From: an uncultured Acidobacteriota bacterium
Lineage (GTDB): Bacteria > Acidobacteriota > Blastocatellia > RBC074
Length of the DNA: 64,000 nt
Direction of reading: 5' to 3'
NCBI GenBank assembly: GCA_963796275.1
Contig: CAWCKY010000002.1
Location: 1-64,000 of the forward strand
Below the pieces are notes generated by a model. It worked only from the letters and a program-made list of their open reading frames with translations, was not told the origin of the DNA and searched no databases. The translations under genes were made by a program, and so were the position numbers. Positions 50,506 through 60,810 of this stretch are shown here, piece after piece (within the stretch, counting starts at the first letter, position 1; each line of letters starts with the position of its first letter).

Positions 50506-50687
50506 GTCAATACCCTCCACTAAGCTCGAAGTCTCACTATAGTGGGGGCTTGCGATTCGACTCTTAGAGTCGTCCGCGATTAGCTGATTGACAGCAGCCC
50601 TGCTCCGAATGTTGAGAGCAGCGTTGGTGTCACGGCAGTGACCGCATTGCCGACATTTGAAAACTTTTTGAGTTTGCCGGTTAACTT
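50506..50687 (-). mobile_element. Non-autonomous IS200/IS605 right-end / reRNA remnant (family A)
   Basis: Near-identical to 40806-40958. It ends on the minus strand with GCCCCCACTA…TAGTGGAGGGTATTGAC and lies between convergent genes. Confidence 0.85.
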
Positions 50688-50721
50688 TAGAGATATGGCC
50701 ACAACTGGAACATTGCCTCCA

Positions 50722-53700
50722 TTATCGACCTAGCTTGTGTAACCATTCTGGGAGACGCCACCACCACAACGAACTACGACGCATGTAAAGTCGCACGGAG
50801 TGATCATGTTCGCCGGAAAGAATCTGTTTGCCGTCGGGTGAGAAATCGACTGAAAGTACAGGCGATGTGTGAGTGCCGATGCTTGTAATCAGTTTGCGAC
50901 TGCCCGCGTCCCACAAACGTATGGTCTTGTCGTCGCTCGCCGAAACCACCTCGCGACCATCGGGCGAGAAGGCAACCGATTTGATACGCGCCGTGTGACG
51001 ACCCAATTCCGCCACCTCGTGCAACGGCCTGGTTGCCCACAAGCGCACGATCCCCTGGTCTTCGCCGGTCGCAAGCCATTGGCCGTCGGGTGAGAAATCA
51101 ACGCTGATCAGTTGCACAGGAGCAATGTCGGCTTGATCTGCAACTTGCCATGTCGCGGTATCCCATAAGACCAAACGACCGTGTGCTTCAGCCAAGGCCA
51201 ACCATCGCCCATCAACTGAAAAAGTGAGATCGTATATGTAGTTTGCGGCGATCTGCCAACCTCGGGCATCGTAGCGATGGAACCCGACTACCTGACGGCC
51301 CGTGGCGCTTTCATAAACGCCATGCGAAACCGCCACCCAACGCCCGTCCGGCGAGACATCCAGGCAATGAGCTTCCGCCCCTTCCCGCGGGATGTTGAAC
51401 TTCAACCGCGGCTTGCGTTCCGCCAAATCCCAGATGATTATTTCTCCATCTCGATCAACGGTTGCAATCCAATTTCCGCTGGGCGCGAAGGCCAGCCCCG
51501 TCACGCGGCTGTGATGGCCGAACAGCGTAGTCTCTTTGCGCCCGGTCGCGGCGTCCCAGATGATCACCGACCTATCTTCGCCCGCCGAAGCGATGCGCTT
51601 GCCTTCGACAGCGAAGGTCACGGCACGCACTGCACCGCTGTGCTCGTTGAAGCCGACTGCTCGCCGGCGCTCAAGTAGATCCCAGACCAACACCGCCCCG
51701 TCTCCATGGGTCGAGACGAGCCACTGACCGTCGGGTGAAAAAGCCAGTCCCCAGACTACCGATGGATATTCCAGCGGCGCGATCTTCCGCATCGTCTCGG
51801 CATCCCACAAGATCGCGTTCTCCGCTCCTGTCGCAACCAATCGCCCGTCCGGAGACCAGGCGGCGGCTCGCGCGTTGTCTTGATGAGCGGGGTAACGGTT
51901 GAGAATCGAGCGGCGTCCCCGATCCACGAAGATGACGGCACCCGCAGAGTTCACACTGACCAGACGTTTGCCGTCGGGAGAGAAGACGACGTTAACTCTT
52001 TCCCAGATGGGATCGAACTCATCGGCTGTCGGTTGCCCGGTCGTCAAATCCCAGGAGTTGGGGCGCCGGTCGTGATGAAAGATCAATCGCCGTCCGTCAG
52101 GAGAAAAGATCAGGTTAGCCGTATCATTGGCACTCCAGGGTATTCCGCCGACCTTCTCCCAACTTCCCACCCGCCACAGAGCCGTATCGTCTCCCGGCGG
52201 TTCGCTTCGGTAGCTGGAAGATACCAGCAATCGCCCATCAGGCGAGAACGCGACGGCGCAGGCCTTCTCGCGATGCCCGCGCAGCACCGCGGCTTTCTCC
52301 AATCGCAAGGCATCCCAGACGATCACCGTCCGGTCGAAGCTCGCGGTCGCAAACCATTTCCCATCGGGCGAAAACGCGACTGCCGCGATCCAGTCCGTGT
52401 GGTCGTTGAGTTTCTTCAACCATACGCGTCTTTCGAAATCCCAGACGATCACCTGTTTGTCTTCGCCGACCGTGACCAGCAACTTGCCGTCCGGCGAGAA
52501 GGCCACGCGCCGCACTGCTGCCGTGTGCCCGTCGCGCAAGATTCGCTCGTCCCACGTCTTGGTTACCGAGATCCACGCCGCAACGAACATCGTGAGCATC
52601 GCAATTGCCAACACCTTCCATCCGGCGCTCGCCAGCCTGCCGACCAGACTCTTCTTGATCAACTCCCGCTCCAGTTTCCCGCGCTTTAGCTCAGCGAAGC
52701 GCCGGATTGTCCACAATACACCAAGCGGAATGCGCGTCTTCCGATCAGCGTCGTGAAAGACCACAAATTGGGTCAGCAATTGATCGGCGTTCTGCGCGCG
52801 GAGCAGCCGCTCCTCTTTCTCTTCGCTTCTGACTTCGATCAACGATTTCAGTCGCTCCAGATCGGCCTGCATCTCGCCACCCGACGAATACCGCTCCTCG
52901 CGTTTCTTCCTGAGCGCCCTGGTCACGATGCGATCCAGCGCGGCCGGAATATCGGCATTCACCTCAGCGACCGGTGGGATTTCCGCTTCACTCTTCAGAA
53001 ACTCAATGATCTCTTCGTCGCTCAGGCCGCCATACGGATGCCGCCCGGCGATCATTTCATGGAGAACCAAGCCGAGCGAGAAAACGTCGGTCCGCACATC
53101 GAGCGGCGGTTCGCCACGTGCCTGCTCGGGCGACATATATTTCAATGTTCCTGGCGTGGCACCCAACCTGGTCAGAAGTTCGGCGGCGGGCCGAGCTCCG
53201 GCGCCGGCGGTCGCCGGAACGCCGGCCGACTTGGCGATGCCGAAATCCAGCACCTTCACTTGGCCGTTCTTCAACACCATGATGTTTTCGGGCTTGATGT
53301 CACGGTGAATAATTTTCACGGAGTGCGTGACGTTGAGTGCGCCGGTTATTTGGGCGGCGATGAGCACCGAGTCGCGCCACCCGGGACGCGATCGGTTGAG
53401 CAACGCGCGCAGCGTTTCCCCCTCGATCAATTCAGTGACGATGAAGTGCAGGTCGCCAAGTTCGCTCTCGACGCATCCGATATCGTGAATGGTAACGATG
53501 TTGGAATGGACGAGCCGTGAAACGGTGTGGGCTTCCTGCTTGAAGCGGCTTACGCGCTCAGGATCTGCGGCGAATTCCGCCGGCAGAATCTTGATCGCCA
53601 CTTCGCGGTCAAGCTTTTCATCCCTGGCCCGCCACACTTCACCCATCCCACCTGCGCCGATTCGCTCCTTGATCTGATAATCGCTGATCTGCCGGTCCTG

Positions 53701-53928
53701 CACCGACACATACGACTCTTCGGCTATCTGCCCGGCTAGCTCGACGATGGCCGAAGAATCCAGAAACTTTTCAACTTGCGCTTCCCGACTGAGTAACTCC
53801 TCCACGCTTCGCCGTAGATCGTCATCTCCCGCACACATTCGCGCGAGAGCGGCTGCGCGACTGCTCGGCTGGGTTTCGAGCATCTGCTCAAACACAACAT
53901 CAATCTCTTTCCATCGCTGCTGATCCAT
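50722..53928 (-). CDS. Ser/Thr protein kinase with WD40 repeats
   Basis: IGAGGMGEV, VAIK, HRDIKPEN, DFG, YMSPEQ; one hydrophobic segment; many GH…AFSPDG…WD repeats. Confidence 0.95.
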   Translation of the reverse strand: MDQQRWKEIDVVFEQMLETQPSSRAAALARMCAGDDDLRRSVEELLSREAQVEKFLDSSAIVELAGQIAEESYVSVQDRQISDYQIKERIGAGGMGEVWRARDEKLDREVAIKILPAEFAADPERVSRFKQEAHTVSRLVHSNIVTIHDIGCVESELGDLHFIVTELIEGETLRALLNRSRPGWRDSVLIAAQITGALNVTHSVKIIHRDIKPENIMVLKNGQVKVLDFGIAKSAGVPATAGAGARPAAELLTRLGATPGTLKYMSPEQARGEPPLDVRTDVFSLGLVLHEMIAGRHPYGGLSDEEIIEFLKSEAEIPPVAEVNADIPAALDRIVTRALRKKREERYSSGGEMQADLERLKSLIEVRSEEKEERLLRAQNADQLLTQFVVFHDADRKTRIPLGVLWTIRRFAELKRGKLERELIKKSLVGRLASAGWKVLAIAMLTMFVAAWISVTKTWDERILRDGHTAAVRRVAFSPDGKLLVTVGEDKQVIVWDFERRVWLKKLNDHTDWIAAVAFSPDGKWFATASFDRTVIVWDALRLEKAAVLRGHREKACAVAFSPDGRLLVSSSYRSEPPGDDTALWRVGSWEKVGGIPWSANDTANLIFSPDGRRLIFHHDRRPNSWDLTTGQPTADEFDPIWERVNVVFSPDGKRLVSVNSAGAVIFVDRGRRSILNRYPAHQDNARAAAWSPDGRLVATGAENAILWDAETMRKIAPLEYPSVVWGLAFSPDGQWLVSTHGDGAVLVWDLLERRRAVGFNEHSGAVRAVTFAVEGKRIASAGEDRSVIIWDAATGRKETTLFGHHSRVTGLAFAPSGNWIATVDRDGEIIIWDLAERKPRLKFNIPREGAEAHCLDVSPDGRWVAVSHGVYESATGRQVVGFHRYDARGWQIAANYIYDLTFSVDGRWLALAEAHGRLVLWDTATWQVADQADIAPVQLISVDFSPDGQWLATGEDQGIVRLWATRPLHEVAELGRHTARIKSVAFSPDGREVVSASDDKTIRLWDAGSRKLITSIGTHTSPVLSVDFSPDGKQILSGEHDHSVRLYMRRSSLWWWRLPEWLHKLGR

Positions 53929-54547
53929 TGCTCGCTCCTTCCGCCTCAGTCAATGCTTTGTACAAATAGATTCTGGCTCTCTTCCATCGTTGCTTCACTG
54001 TATCTAGCGATACGTCCAGGATTTCCGCCGTCTCCTTGATGGTGTAACCGCCGAAGAAGCGCAGCTCGACCACCAGGCTCAATGTCTCGTCATGCTGTGC
54101 CAGGGCGTCGAGCGACTCGTCGAGATTGACTAAATCCGCCGTGCGCGCAGGGATGGCTGTCGCCTCGTTTCCAAATGTGACCTGAATTCGATTTTCGCCG
54201 TGTTTCTTGGCGCGGCGGTTGCGGGCGACATCCACCAATATCTGCCGCATCAACCGCGCGGCGATGCCGAAGAACTCTCTATTATCACGGCAGGGCAGGC
54301 CGTTGGAATTAAACAACTTCAGATAGACTTCGTGCACAAGTGTTCCCGTCTGCATCGTATGCCCGAGGCGTTCGTGCTGTAGACGTTGATGAGCCATCTG
54401 CTGCAATCGATCGTAGACCAGCGCCCAGAACCGATCCCGTGCCGCCTCATCGCCGTTTTTCAGCCCTTCAAGCAATTGCGTCACATCATCTGGCTGCTGC
54501 GGTTTCTCTGCATCGTTGAGGGTATCTTTGTGGATATTTTCAGACAC
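53900..54547 (-). CDS. ECF-type sigma factor (kinase-associated, Planctomycete/Acidobacteria type)
   Basis: DVTQLL…HTMQTGTLVHEVYLKL…MRQILVDVAR…VVELRFFGG…ETAEIL; overlaps the kinase start. Confidence 0.92.
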   Translation of the reverse strand: MSENIHKDTLNDAEKPQQPDDVTQLLEGLKNGDEAARDRFWALVYDRLQQMAHQRLQHERLGHTMQTGTLVHEVYLKLFNSNGLPCRDNREFFGIAARLMRQILVDVARNRRAKKHGENRIQVTFGNEATAIPARTADLVNLDESLDALAQHDETLSLVVELRFFGGYTIKETAEILDVSLDTVKQRWKRARIYLYKALTEAEGASNGSAAMERD

Positions 54548-54988
54548 ACTTTCACCATGCCTTTTTTAATACTCTCTGGAGAATATTGGTCTATCGGGGG
54601 AAGGCCCTCCCTTTTTTTAGCAAATGATTCATCGCGGCAAAAAAGGACTCTGCCGCCTGGCCAGGAGCTATAGGCGTAACCAAGGCTGGGAAAATATTTT
54701 TTTCGCGACCATCCATTTCCGCCTCAATTTCCGCATGTAGTCCATGAACGGAAAAGCCGGCGGCGGTGTGGTGAATTGTCGGCCCATATGGAACAGGGCC
54801 GTAATTTATCACTCGCCGCCGGTCACCGGCAATGAAATTTGAAATCTGAGTCGTCTCCTTAGCCCGCATTTCTCATTGGGGCATTAATGCTGCCGACGGC
54901 CAATGTCAACTGCAGATTTCGTCATATTCTACGGAGCCCGGCCAAAGAATTAATAAGTTGGCCATCACAAGAAAGAGGTATCCAGCCT

Positions 54989-55486
54989 ATGAAGCGGATT
55001 AATTCACGTGTCGTCGCAATGATAGCACTTGCCATCGTTCCGTCGGTTTACGCACAGGACCCAACCAATCCGGCGGCCGCAGTGTTGAAGGAGCACATCA
55101 TGGTCATGCCCTCCGAGGTCCAGTGGGCCGACTGTCCGCCGAACATTCCACCCGGTGCTCAGTGCGCAAGTATCGAGGGTGACCGAAGTGCCCCGAACGT
55201 TCTCTTCACCTATCGCCTGAAGATGCCGGACAACTATCGGATCGCACCCCACTTTCATCCAGCCGATGAGCATCTCACGGTCATCTCAGGCACGTTCAAG
55301 ATGGGCCTCGGTGAAAAGTTCGATGAGAAATCCATGAGTCCCATGGTCGCCGGAAGTTTCATGGTCATGCCTAAGGGTGCTCCGCACTATGCCATGACTC
55401 AGGGCGAGACAGTGCTCCAGGTACACGCAATTGGTCCTTGGGGCCTGACCTATGTCAACCCCGCAGATGACCCGAGAAAGAAGTGA
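54989..55486 (+). CDS. Secreted cupin-domain protein
   Basis: Signal peptide (…PSVYA-Q), PHFHPADEHLTVISG…PHYA cupin motifs; GAGG RBS. Confidence 0.88.
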   Translation: MKRINSRVVAMIALAIVPSVYAQDPTNPAAAVLKEHIMVMPSEVQWADCPPNIPPGAQCASIEGDRSAPNVLFTYRLKMPDNYRIAPHFHPADEHLTVISGTFKMGLGEKFDEKSMSPMVAGSFMVMPKGAPHYAMTQGETVLQVHAIGPWGLTYVNPADDPRKK

Positions 55487-56020
55487 GTGTGATGCCCAAC
55501 ATCATAAGAATTTGTGTGGCGCGGAGCCACCACACCATTCTTTGTCGGTGCGACACAAAGTCGCGACTACGAATGTGATCCACGAACTTTGTGAGATCAC
55601 CTTGCGTCCTGCCACAAGTACCCTACCGAGACATGCGTCGCTTGTAAAGGCGGGGTATGAAGCTCTCGGAATAACGTAACTCCAGGAGGTAACGGCAGGT
55701 AAGTCGTGAGATGAGGCTGTGACCGCCAGCCGGAAGGCGGGGCTCTTCCGGCTGAAGTCGATCGCGAACCTGGCGCGTGATGGAGGTGAATGGGAACTGG
55801 CCGAATACACCGCAAAGCAGATGCTCTAACACGACTCTTAATACGACGCCACACATTACTGGCTGGCACTGGTAGCAGAGCATAAAGGAGACCTGGAGGC
55901 CGATCGCCCCGAATTCACCGCCGCCGAAAGGCCTTGGGAGAAAGCTGACCTGGATCTGGCCGAGTTAGTGAAGACGCGCCAGAAACTGGCTTCAATCAAC
56001 CAGAAATAGAGGACCAGCAC

Positions 56021-56851
56021 GTGTCGGAAAACGCACCACAACCAGGATCGATCGACGAAAAGCAGCTTCAAGCACCTGCAGCGGCTAAACTATATAGAAA
56101 AGTAGCCGATTTTATCCGGATCACTTTCAGCGTCTTGATGGGTCCCCGGACTTTCTTTACGAAATACTTTCAGTCGATCAATCAATCGAGACAGCCCTCT
56201 CCAAATTCTCTTTCGACATTTAAATACCTGAGCCTAGCGATTGGTATCACCGCCGTAATTGCGCCCGTCCATCGCGCCCTACTCCGGGCCGGCGGCTTCC
56301 CCGAATTCTTCCTGGGTCTGGCTGAACGGGGCTCGAAAGGGCTCATGGAGAACTACGAAAGGGTGACCGGGCGGGATATGGTTCTCATCGACTTGACCCA
56401 GCTCACCGGTGTTTCATTGATCGACGAGCCGATCGAGGACGTAGCAAGGATGGTCATCTATGCTCTATTTGCGGGCCTCTTCTGGGGATTCAGCGGCGGA
56501 TTGCTGCCGTTAAAGCGCATGATGGGCTACTTCGCTTATTCGATCGGCGCATGCCTGGTCATTGAAACGGCATTTTTACTTATCGGTGATGTAATCTTCG
56601 CGCTTTTATCGCTCGGCGATTCTCAAACAAATTTGTTCACCATGAGCGCAATTCATGAGGTCGGGCAGATTCCACGTTTAATCTACCTTTTTATCATGCC
56701 GACGGTGATTTTTCCGGCAATCCTCGGGATCCGCTGGGGCACTGTGCTGGTGGCGACCCTGCTTTCTGTCATCACCTGGGGGCTGACCGGCTTGCTGATC
56801 GCTCAGATCATGATGGGTGCCGGTATAGTAATCATGGCTCCAGGTCTGTGA
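56021..56851 (+). CDS. Hypothetical multi-pass membrane protein
   Basis: 276-aa ORF with about 5 hydrophobic helices; GAGG before the GTG start. Confidence 0.75.
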   Translation: MSENAPQPGSIDEKQLQAPAAAKLYRKVADFIRITFSVLMGPRTFFTKYFQSINQSRQPSPNSLSTFKYLSLAIGITAVIAPVHRALLRAGGFPEFFLGLAERGSKGLMENYERVTGRDMVLIDLTQLTGVSLIDEPIEDVARMVIYALFAGLFWGFSGGLLPLKRMMGYFAYSIGACLVIETAFLLIGDVIFALLSLGDSQTNLFTMSAIHEVGQIPRLIYLFIMPTVIFPAILGIRWGTVLVATLLSVITWGLTGLLIAQIMMGAGIVIMAPGL

Positions 56852-56877
56852 TAGATCAGCAAAGAGTCCAGGAGAAG

Positions 56878-57330
56878 ATCAATTACCCGCCACAGCTCGA
56901 ATTACTCTCTATAGTGGGGGCTTGCGATTCGACTCTTAGAGTCGTCCGCGATTGGCTGATTGACACCAGCCTAGCTCCGAATGTTGAGAGCAGCGTTGAT
57001 GGCGGCGTTACGGCAGTGACCGCATTGCCGACATTTGCTGTGATCGCGATTTGGTTTTTTGCGAATGCCCCTTCTGTAACGGTAGGAAGTCTGCCGTGTA
57101 AAGTTTGAACGCCGAAGAAATGAGTTGCAGTCAGTAACGCGTGAACCAAGCAAGCTGACAATTGCAAACATATGTAACAGCGACGGCGCTGTGAAAAAAC
57201 TGAGATTCGCTTGAATCTCCTACCTTGGGACACAGGGGAAGTTACGCTTTTGGAGATATGCATCGGACACCGGTGCAGCCTAAGAATCCCCTTTTATAAC
57301 GCGTCAGCGTTTAGTGGCGGGAGTTGTCAA
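56878..57330. mobile_element. Composite element: family A right end (minus) back-to-back with family B right end (plus)
   Basis: 56905-57037 matches family A (40806, 50537) and 57076-57330 matches family B (47451-47706); the outer termini are TTGAT (minus) and TGTCAA (plus). Confidence 0.82.
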
Positions 57331-58113
57331 TTCGACCAGACTAGCCACCACCTGGAGATAGGTTAGGAGTGATGCGTGAAGGGAGATTGGGGCGAACGAT
57401 CACAGATCATTCGAAGATAAATGCCGATCCTATATATCTGCCCTTTGGTGAGTTTAAAAATTCGACCACAAGACAGCGACTGCTAAGTAGAGCAGATCGT
57501 ATTCACATCAGCGGATCAATGTTCCGAGCTGAGATCGGCGTTAGAGGATTCTGGCAATGCTGGGGGCACGGGAGATTGCAAAAGTTTACTTATCTGGCTC
57601 TGGTTTCAGTATGCACAGAAGCTGCACGGGGTCGAACTCGACCAGACATGTTCTTGGACTGCCACCTCAGCGAGCTAAGGGTCAGGTGTTGCGCCGAAGA
57701 TAAGAAAGCCATATTCTATAATTTCAAGGGAGGAGGCATCGATCGCAAGCTGGTCTTGGTGAAAGGCGTGCTGCAAGCGCGTGGTAGCTATGGAGAATCC
57801 TTCTCTTTGTGCAGCGGGGGTGTGGCGTCGCGGGCATAAGATATAAACCCTCTATCCCGCCGACTTAGCTCGTGGGACGACTCTCATACCTGCCCCAGTC
57901 TGTTGCTTCCGCTTTTCCGATAACAGGCGTCCATACCAGGCGCACAGCACCAACGCCACCTTTCGTTCCAACTCACTCCGCCCGCCACGACCGGATGCAG
58001 GCGCGCGACTCCACACAAGCAGCCGTATCCGGCACTCCCAGTCCATATCACGGCACGCCCGGTGGCCGGTGCGTTCTCGTCGTCCCAATATGGCGAGCGA
58101 AAAGGGATGATCC

Positions 58114-60810
58114 ATGGTGGCTTCTACTGCACTCTGGTCTGTTGTTGATGTCGAATCCTTTATCAATGCGTATTACGTCGCTTGGTCAGGAACGGACGAG
58201 GATCGCATTATGTCTTACTACGCGGAAGATGTGACGCTTCATATTCCGGGCACGCTCATGGAGGGAAAGGAAGCCGTCCGCAATCAGTTCGTTAGGCCGT
58301 TTATCACTGCCTTTCCGGAAAACCACCACCGTGTCAAGAACATGCTTGTTGGACCAGGTGTAGTCACTGTTGAATGGAATTTTGAGGCCCTCCACAAGGG
58401 GCCATTCGCTGGTCATGCGGCGACCGGTGCTCGAGTTAAAGTGCCTGGTTGTGGGGTTTATGAGTACGATTCAGCAAAACGCCAGATCACTTCGGCTCGC
58501 ATTTACTTTGATGTGGGGACGCTACTGCAGACTATCACTGATTTGCCGGTGAGTGATCCCCAAAAGGCTGCAGAGGCTCTGCACTTGAACGAGCGCAATT
58601 TGAGCCTAATTATCAACACGATTCCTACGACGGCATGGACTACTCGCCCGGATGGCTACTGCGACTTCCTCAATCAGCGCTGGCTGGATTACGCGGGCAT
58701 GACCGCAGAACAGGCTGCGGGTTGGGGGTGGGCCGAGGCGATTCATCCGGACGACCGTAAGGGACTTGTCGAATATTGGCTATCGTGTCTGGCTTCTGGC
58801 GTGCCGGTTGAGACTGAAGCGCGTATTCGTCGTTTCGATAGTGTATATCGCTGGTTCCTCTTTCGTGCCAACCCAGTGCGAAACGAAACGGGGAAAATAG
58901 TCAAATGGTACGGAACCAATATAGATATCGATGATCGCAAGCATGGAGAGGAAGCCCTTCGTGCGAGCGAACTCTCCTGGCGCCAGATCGTTGATAGTAT
59001 TCCGGGGTTGGTGGCTACGATGAGCGCGACGGGCGAGGTGGAGTTTCTCAACCGCCAAACCCTGGAGTATTTCGGCAAAACAAGTGAGGAGTTGAGGAAC
59101 TGGTCCTTCATCGGCTCCGTCCACCCTGATGACCTTCCTCGCGTGATCGAGACACGCAAAAAGTCAATCGAAGACGGACAGATCTATGACATTGAGCACC
59201 GATGCCGTCGCGTTGATGGCGTTTACCGATGGTTCCAAGTTCGCGGCCTCCCAGTGCGTAAAGCGGAAGGTACGATAACCGCCTGGTATCTCCTACTCAC
59301 AGACATCGATGATCGCAAAAAGACGGAAGAGGCTCTGCGTTCGAATGAGCGCAATTTGAGCCTGATGATTAACGCCATCCCCACCATCATCCAGGTGTTG
59401 CGCACCGATGGATCAGTGCTTTATGTGAATCAAGCGCTGTTGGATTACCACGGGGTTACTTTGGAAGATGTTCGGAAAGAGGACTTTCACGCTCGTGTTT
59501 TCCATCCGGAGGATGTGGAAAGGCTGTGCGAGGAGCGCCAGGAGGCGCTCACACGCGCCATACCGTACGAAAATGAGCAACGTGTGCTAGGTAAGGATGG
59601 CAGATATCGCTGGTTCCTGATCCGCTACCAACCTCTGCTCGATGAGCAAGGAAGAATCGATCGATGGTATGTGGCCAGGTTCGACATCGAGGACCGAAAA
59701 CTTGCTGAGGAAGACTTGCGTCGCAGCGAGGCGTTCCTCGCTGAAACCCAACACCTCAGTTCAATCGGCAGCTTTTCCTGGCTTGTTCGAACAGATGAGA
59801 TTACCTGGTCGGATGAAACCTATCGCATTTTTGAGTTAGATCAGGGTATGCACGTGACACGTGAGCTGATCATGTCCCGAGTCCACCCTGACGACCTCCC
59901 GTTGTTGTTTGAGATGATCGAGCGGGCGCGGAACGAGACCAGTGACTTTGAAGCCGAATGCCGGTTGCTGCTGCCAGACCAATCGGTCAAGCACTTGCAC
60001 GTTGTTGCTAACGGTACCCGAGACCGGGATGGTCAACTTGAGTACATCGGCGCGGTTCAGGACGTCACCGAAAGCAAGATCGCCGAGGAGGCACTGACCA
60101 GGGCTCGCTCCGAGCTCGCCCATATGGCGCGTGTTACGACACTGAGTGCGTTGACCGCCTCGATCGCCCACGAGATCAACCAGCCCATCGCCGCCGCCAT
60201 CACCAGCGCCGGTGCCTGCTTGCGCTGGCTGAACCGCGATCAACCGGAGGTGCAGAGAGCGCGAGAGGCGGTCCTGCGAATCGAGGAGGATGGGAAGCGA
60301 GCCGCCGAGATCATCACTCACTTGAAGTCCTTCTACAAGAAAGACGTTTCGCCACAGCGAGAGTTGGTCTCGGTCAACGAAGTTGTTGGCGAGATGCTGG
60401 TGTTGCTGCGCAGCGAGGCCGACCTCCACTCGGTGGCCATGCGTACGGAGCTGGCGGCCGATCTTCCCTCGGTGAACGCCGACCGGGTGCAGTTGCAACA
60501 GGTGTTAATGAACCTTATGCTGAACGGGATGGAAGCGATGAGCAAGCAGGGAGGCGAGCTTAAGATAAGCACGCGATGCGAGGGCGGAGAGATGATGGTG
60601 TCGGTGAGTGACACAGGAGTGGGAATACCCGCTGACGAGATCGAAGAAATCTTTAATGCGTTCTTCACGAAAAAGGCCGGGGGGACGGGTATGGGGCTGG
60701 CGATCAGCCGCACGATTATCGAGTCGCACGGCGGCCGACTTTGGGCGACTATGAACCTGGGACGTGGCGCAACATTTCACTTCACTTTACCGACTGAACC
60801 TGAAGCATAA
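58114..60810 (+). CDS. Cytoplasmic sensor histidine kinase: SnoaL-like domain + 4 PAS/PAC + HisKA + HATPase
   Basis: N-terminal SnoaL/ester-cyclase-like region (HKGPFAGHAATGARV…G…YFD), repeated IHPDD…YRWF PAS units, AHEINQP, QQVLMNL, DTGVG, GTGMGL. Confidence 0.93.
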   Translation: MVASTALWSVVDVESFINAYYVAWSGTDEDRIMSYYAEDVTLHIPGTLMEGKEAVRNQFVRPFITAFPENHHRVKNMLVGPGVVTVEWNFEALHKGPFAGHAATGARVKVPGCGVYEYDSAKRQITSARIYFDVGTLLQTITDLPVSDPQKAAEALHLNERNLSLIINTIPTTAWTTRPDGYCDFLNQRWLDYAGMTAEQAAGWGWAEAIHPDDRKGLVEYWLSCLASGVPVETEARIRRFDSVYRWFLFRANPVRNETGKIVKWYGTNIDIDDRKHGEEALRASELSWRQIVDSIPGLVATMSATGEVEFLNRQTLEYFGKTSEELRNWSFIGSVHPDDLPRVIETRKKSIEDGQIYDIEHRCRRVDGVYRWFQVRGLPVRKAEGTITAWYLLLTDIDDRKKTEEALRSNERNLSLMINAIPTIIQVLRTDGSVLYVNQALLDYHGVTLEDVRKEDFHARVFHPEDVERLCEERQEALTRAIPYENEQRVLGKDGRYRWFLIRYQPLLDEQGRIDRWYVARFDIEDRKLAEEDLRRSEAFLAETQHLSSIGSFSWLVRTDEITWSDETYRIFELDQGMHVTRELIMSRVHPDDLPLLFEMIERARNETSDFEAECRLLLPDQSVKHLHVVANGTRDRDGQLEYIGAVQDVTESKIAEEALTRARSELAHMARVTTLSALTASIAHEINQPIAAAITSAGACLRWLNRDQPEVQRAREAVLRIEEDGKRAAEIITHLKSFYKKDVSPQRELVSVNEVVGEMLVLLRSEADLHSVAMRTELAADLPSVNADRVQLQQVLMNLMLNGMEAMSKQGGELKISTRCEGGEMMVSVSDTGVGIPADEIEEIFNAFFTKKAGGTGMGLAISRTIIESHGGRLWATMNLGRGATFHFTLPTEPEA

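Noticed and set aside
57331-57345. Predicted family B guide (TTCGACCAGACTAG) resembling the IscB omegaRNA block TTGACCAGACTAAG
   Set aside because: Only about 10 matching bases, which is compatible with chance.
57369-58100. ORFs 57369..57839 and 57852..58166 as genes or a group II intron remnant
   Set aside because: No convincing protein motif or domain V/VI structure could be identified by eye.
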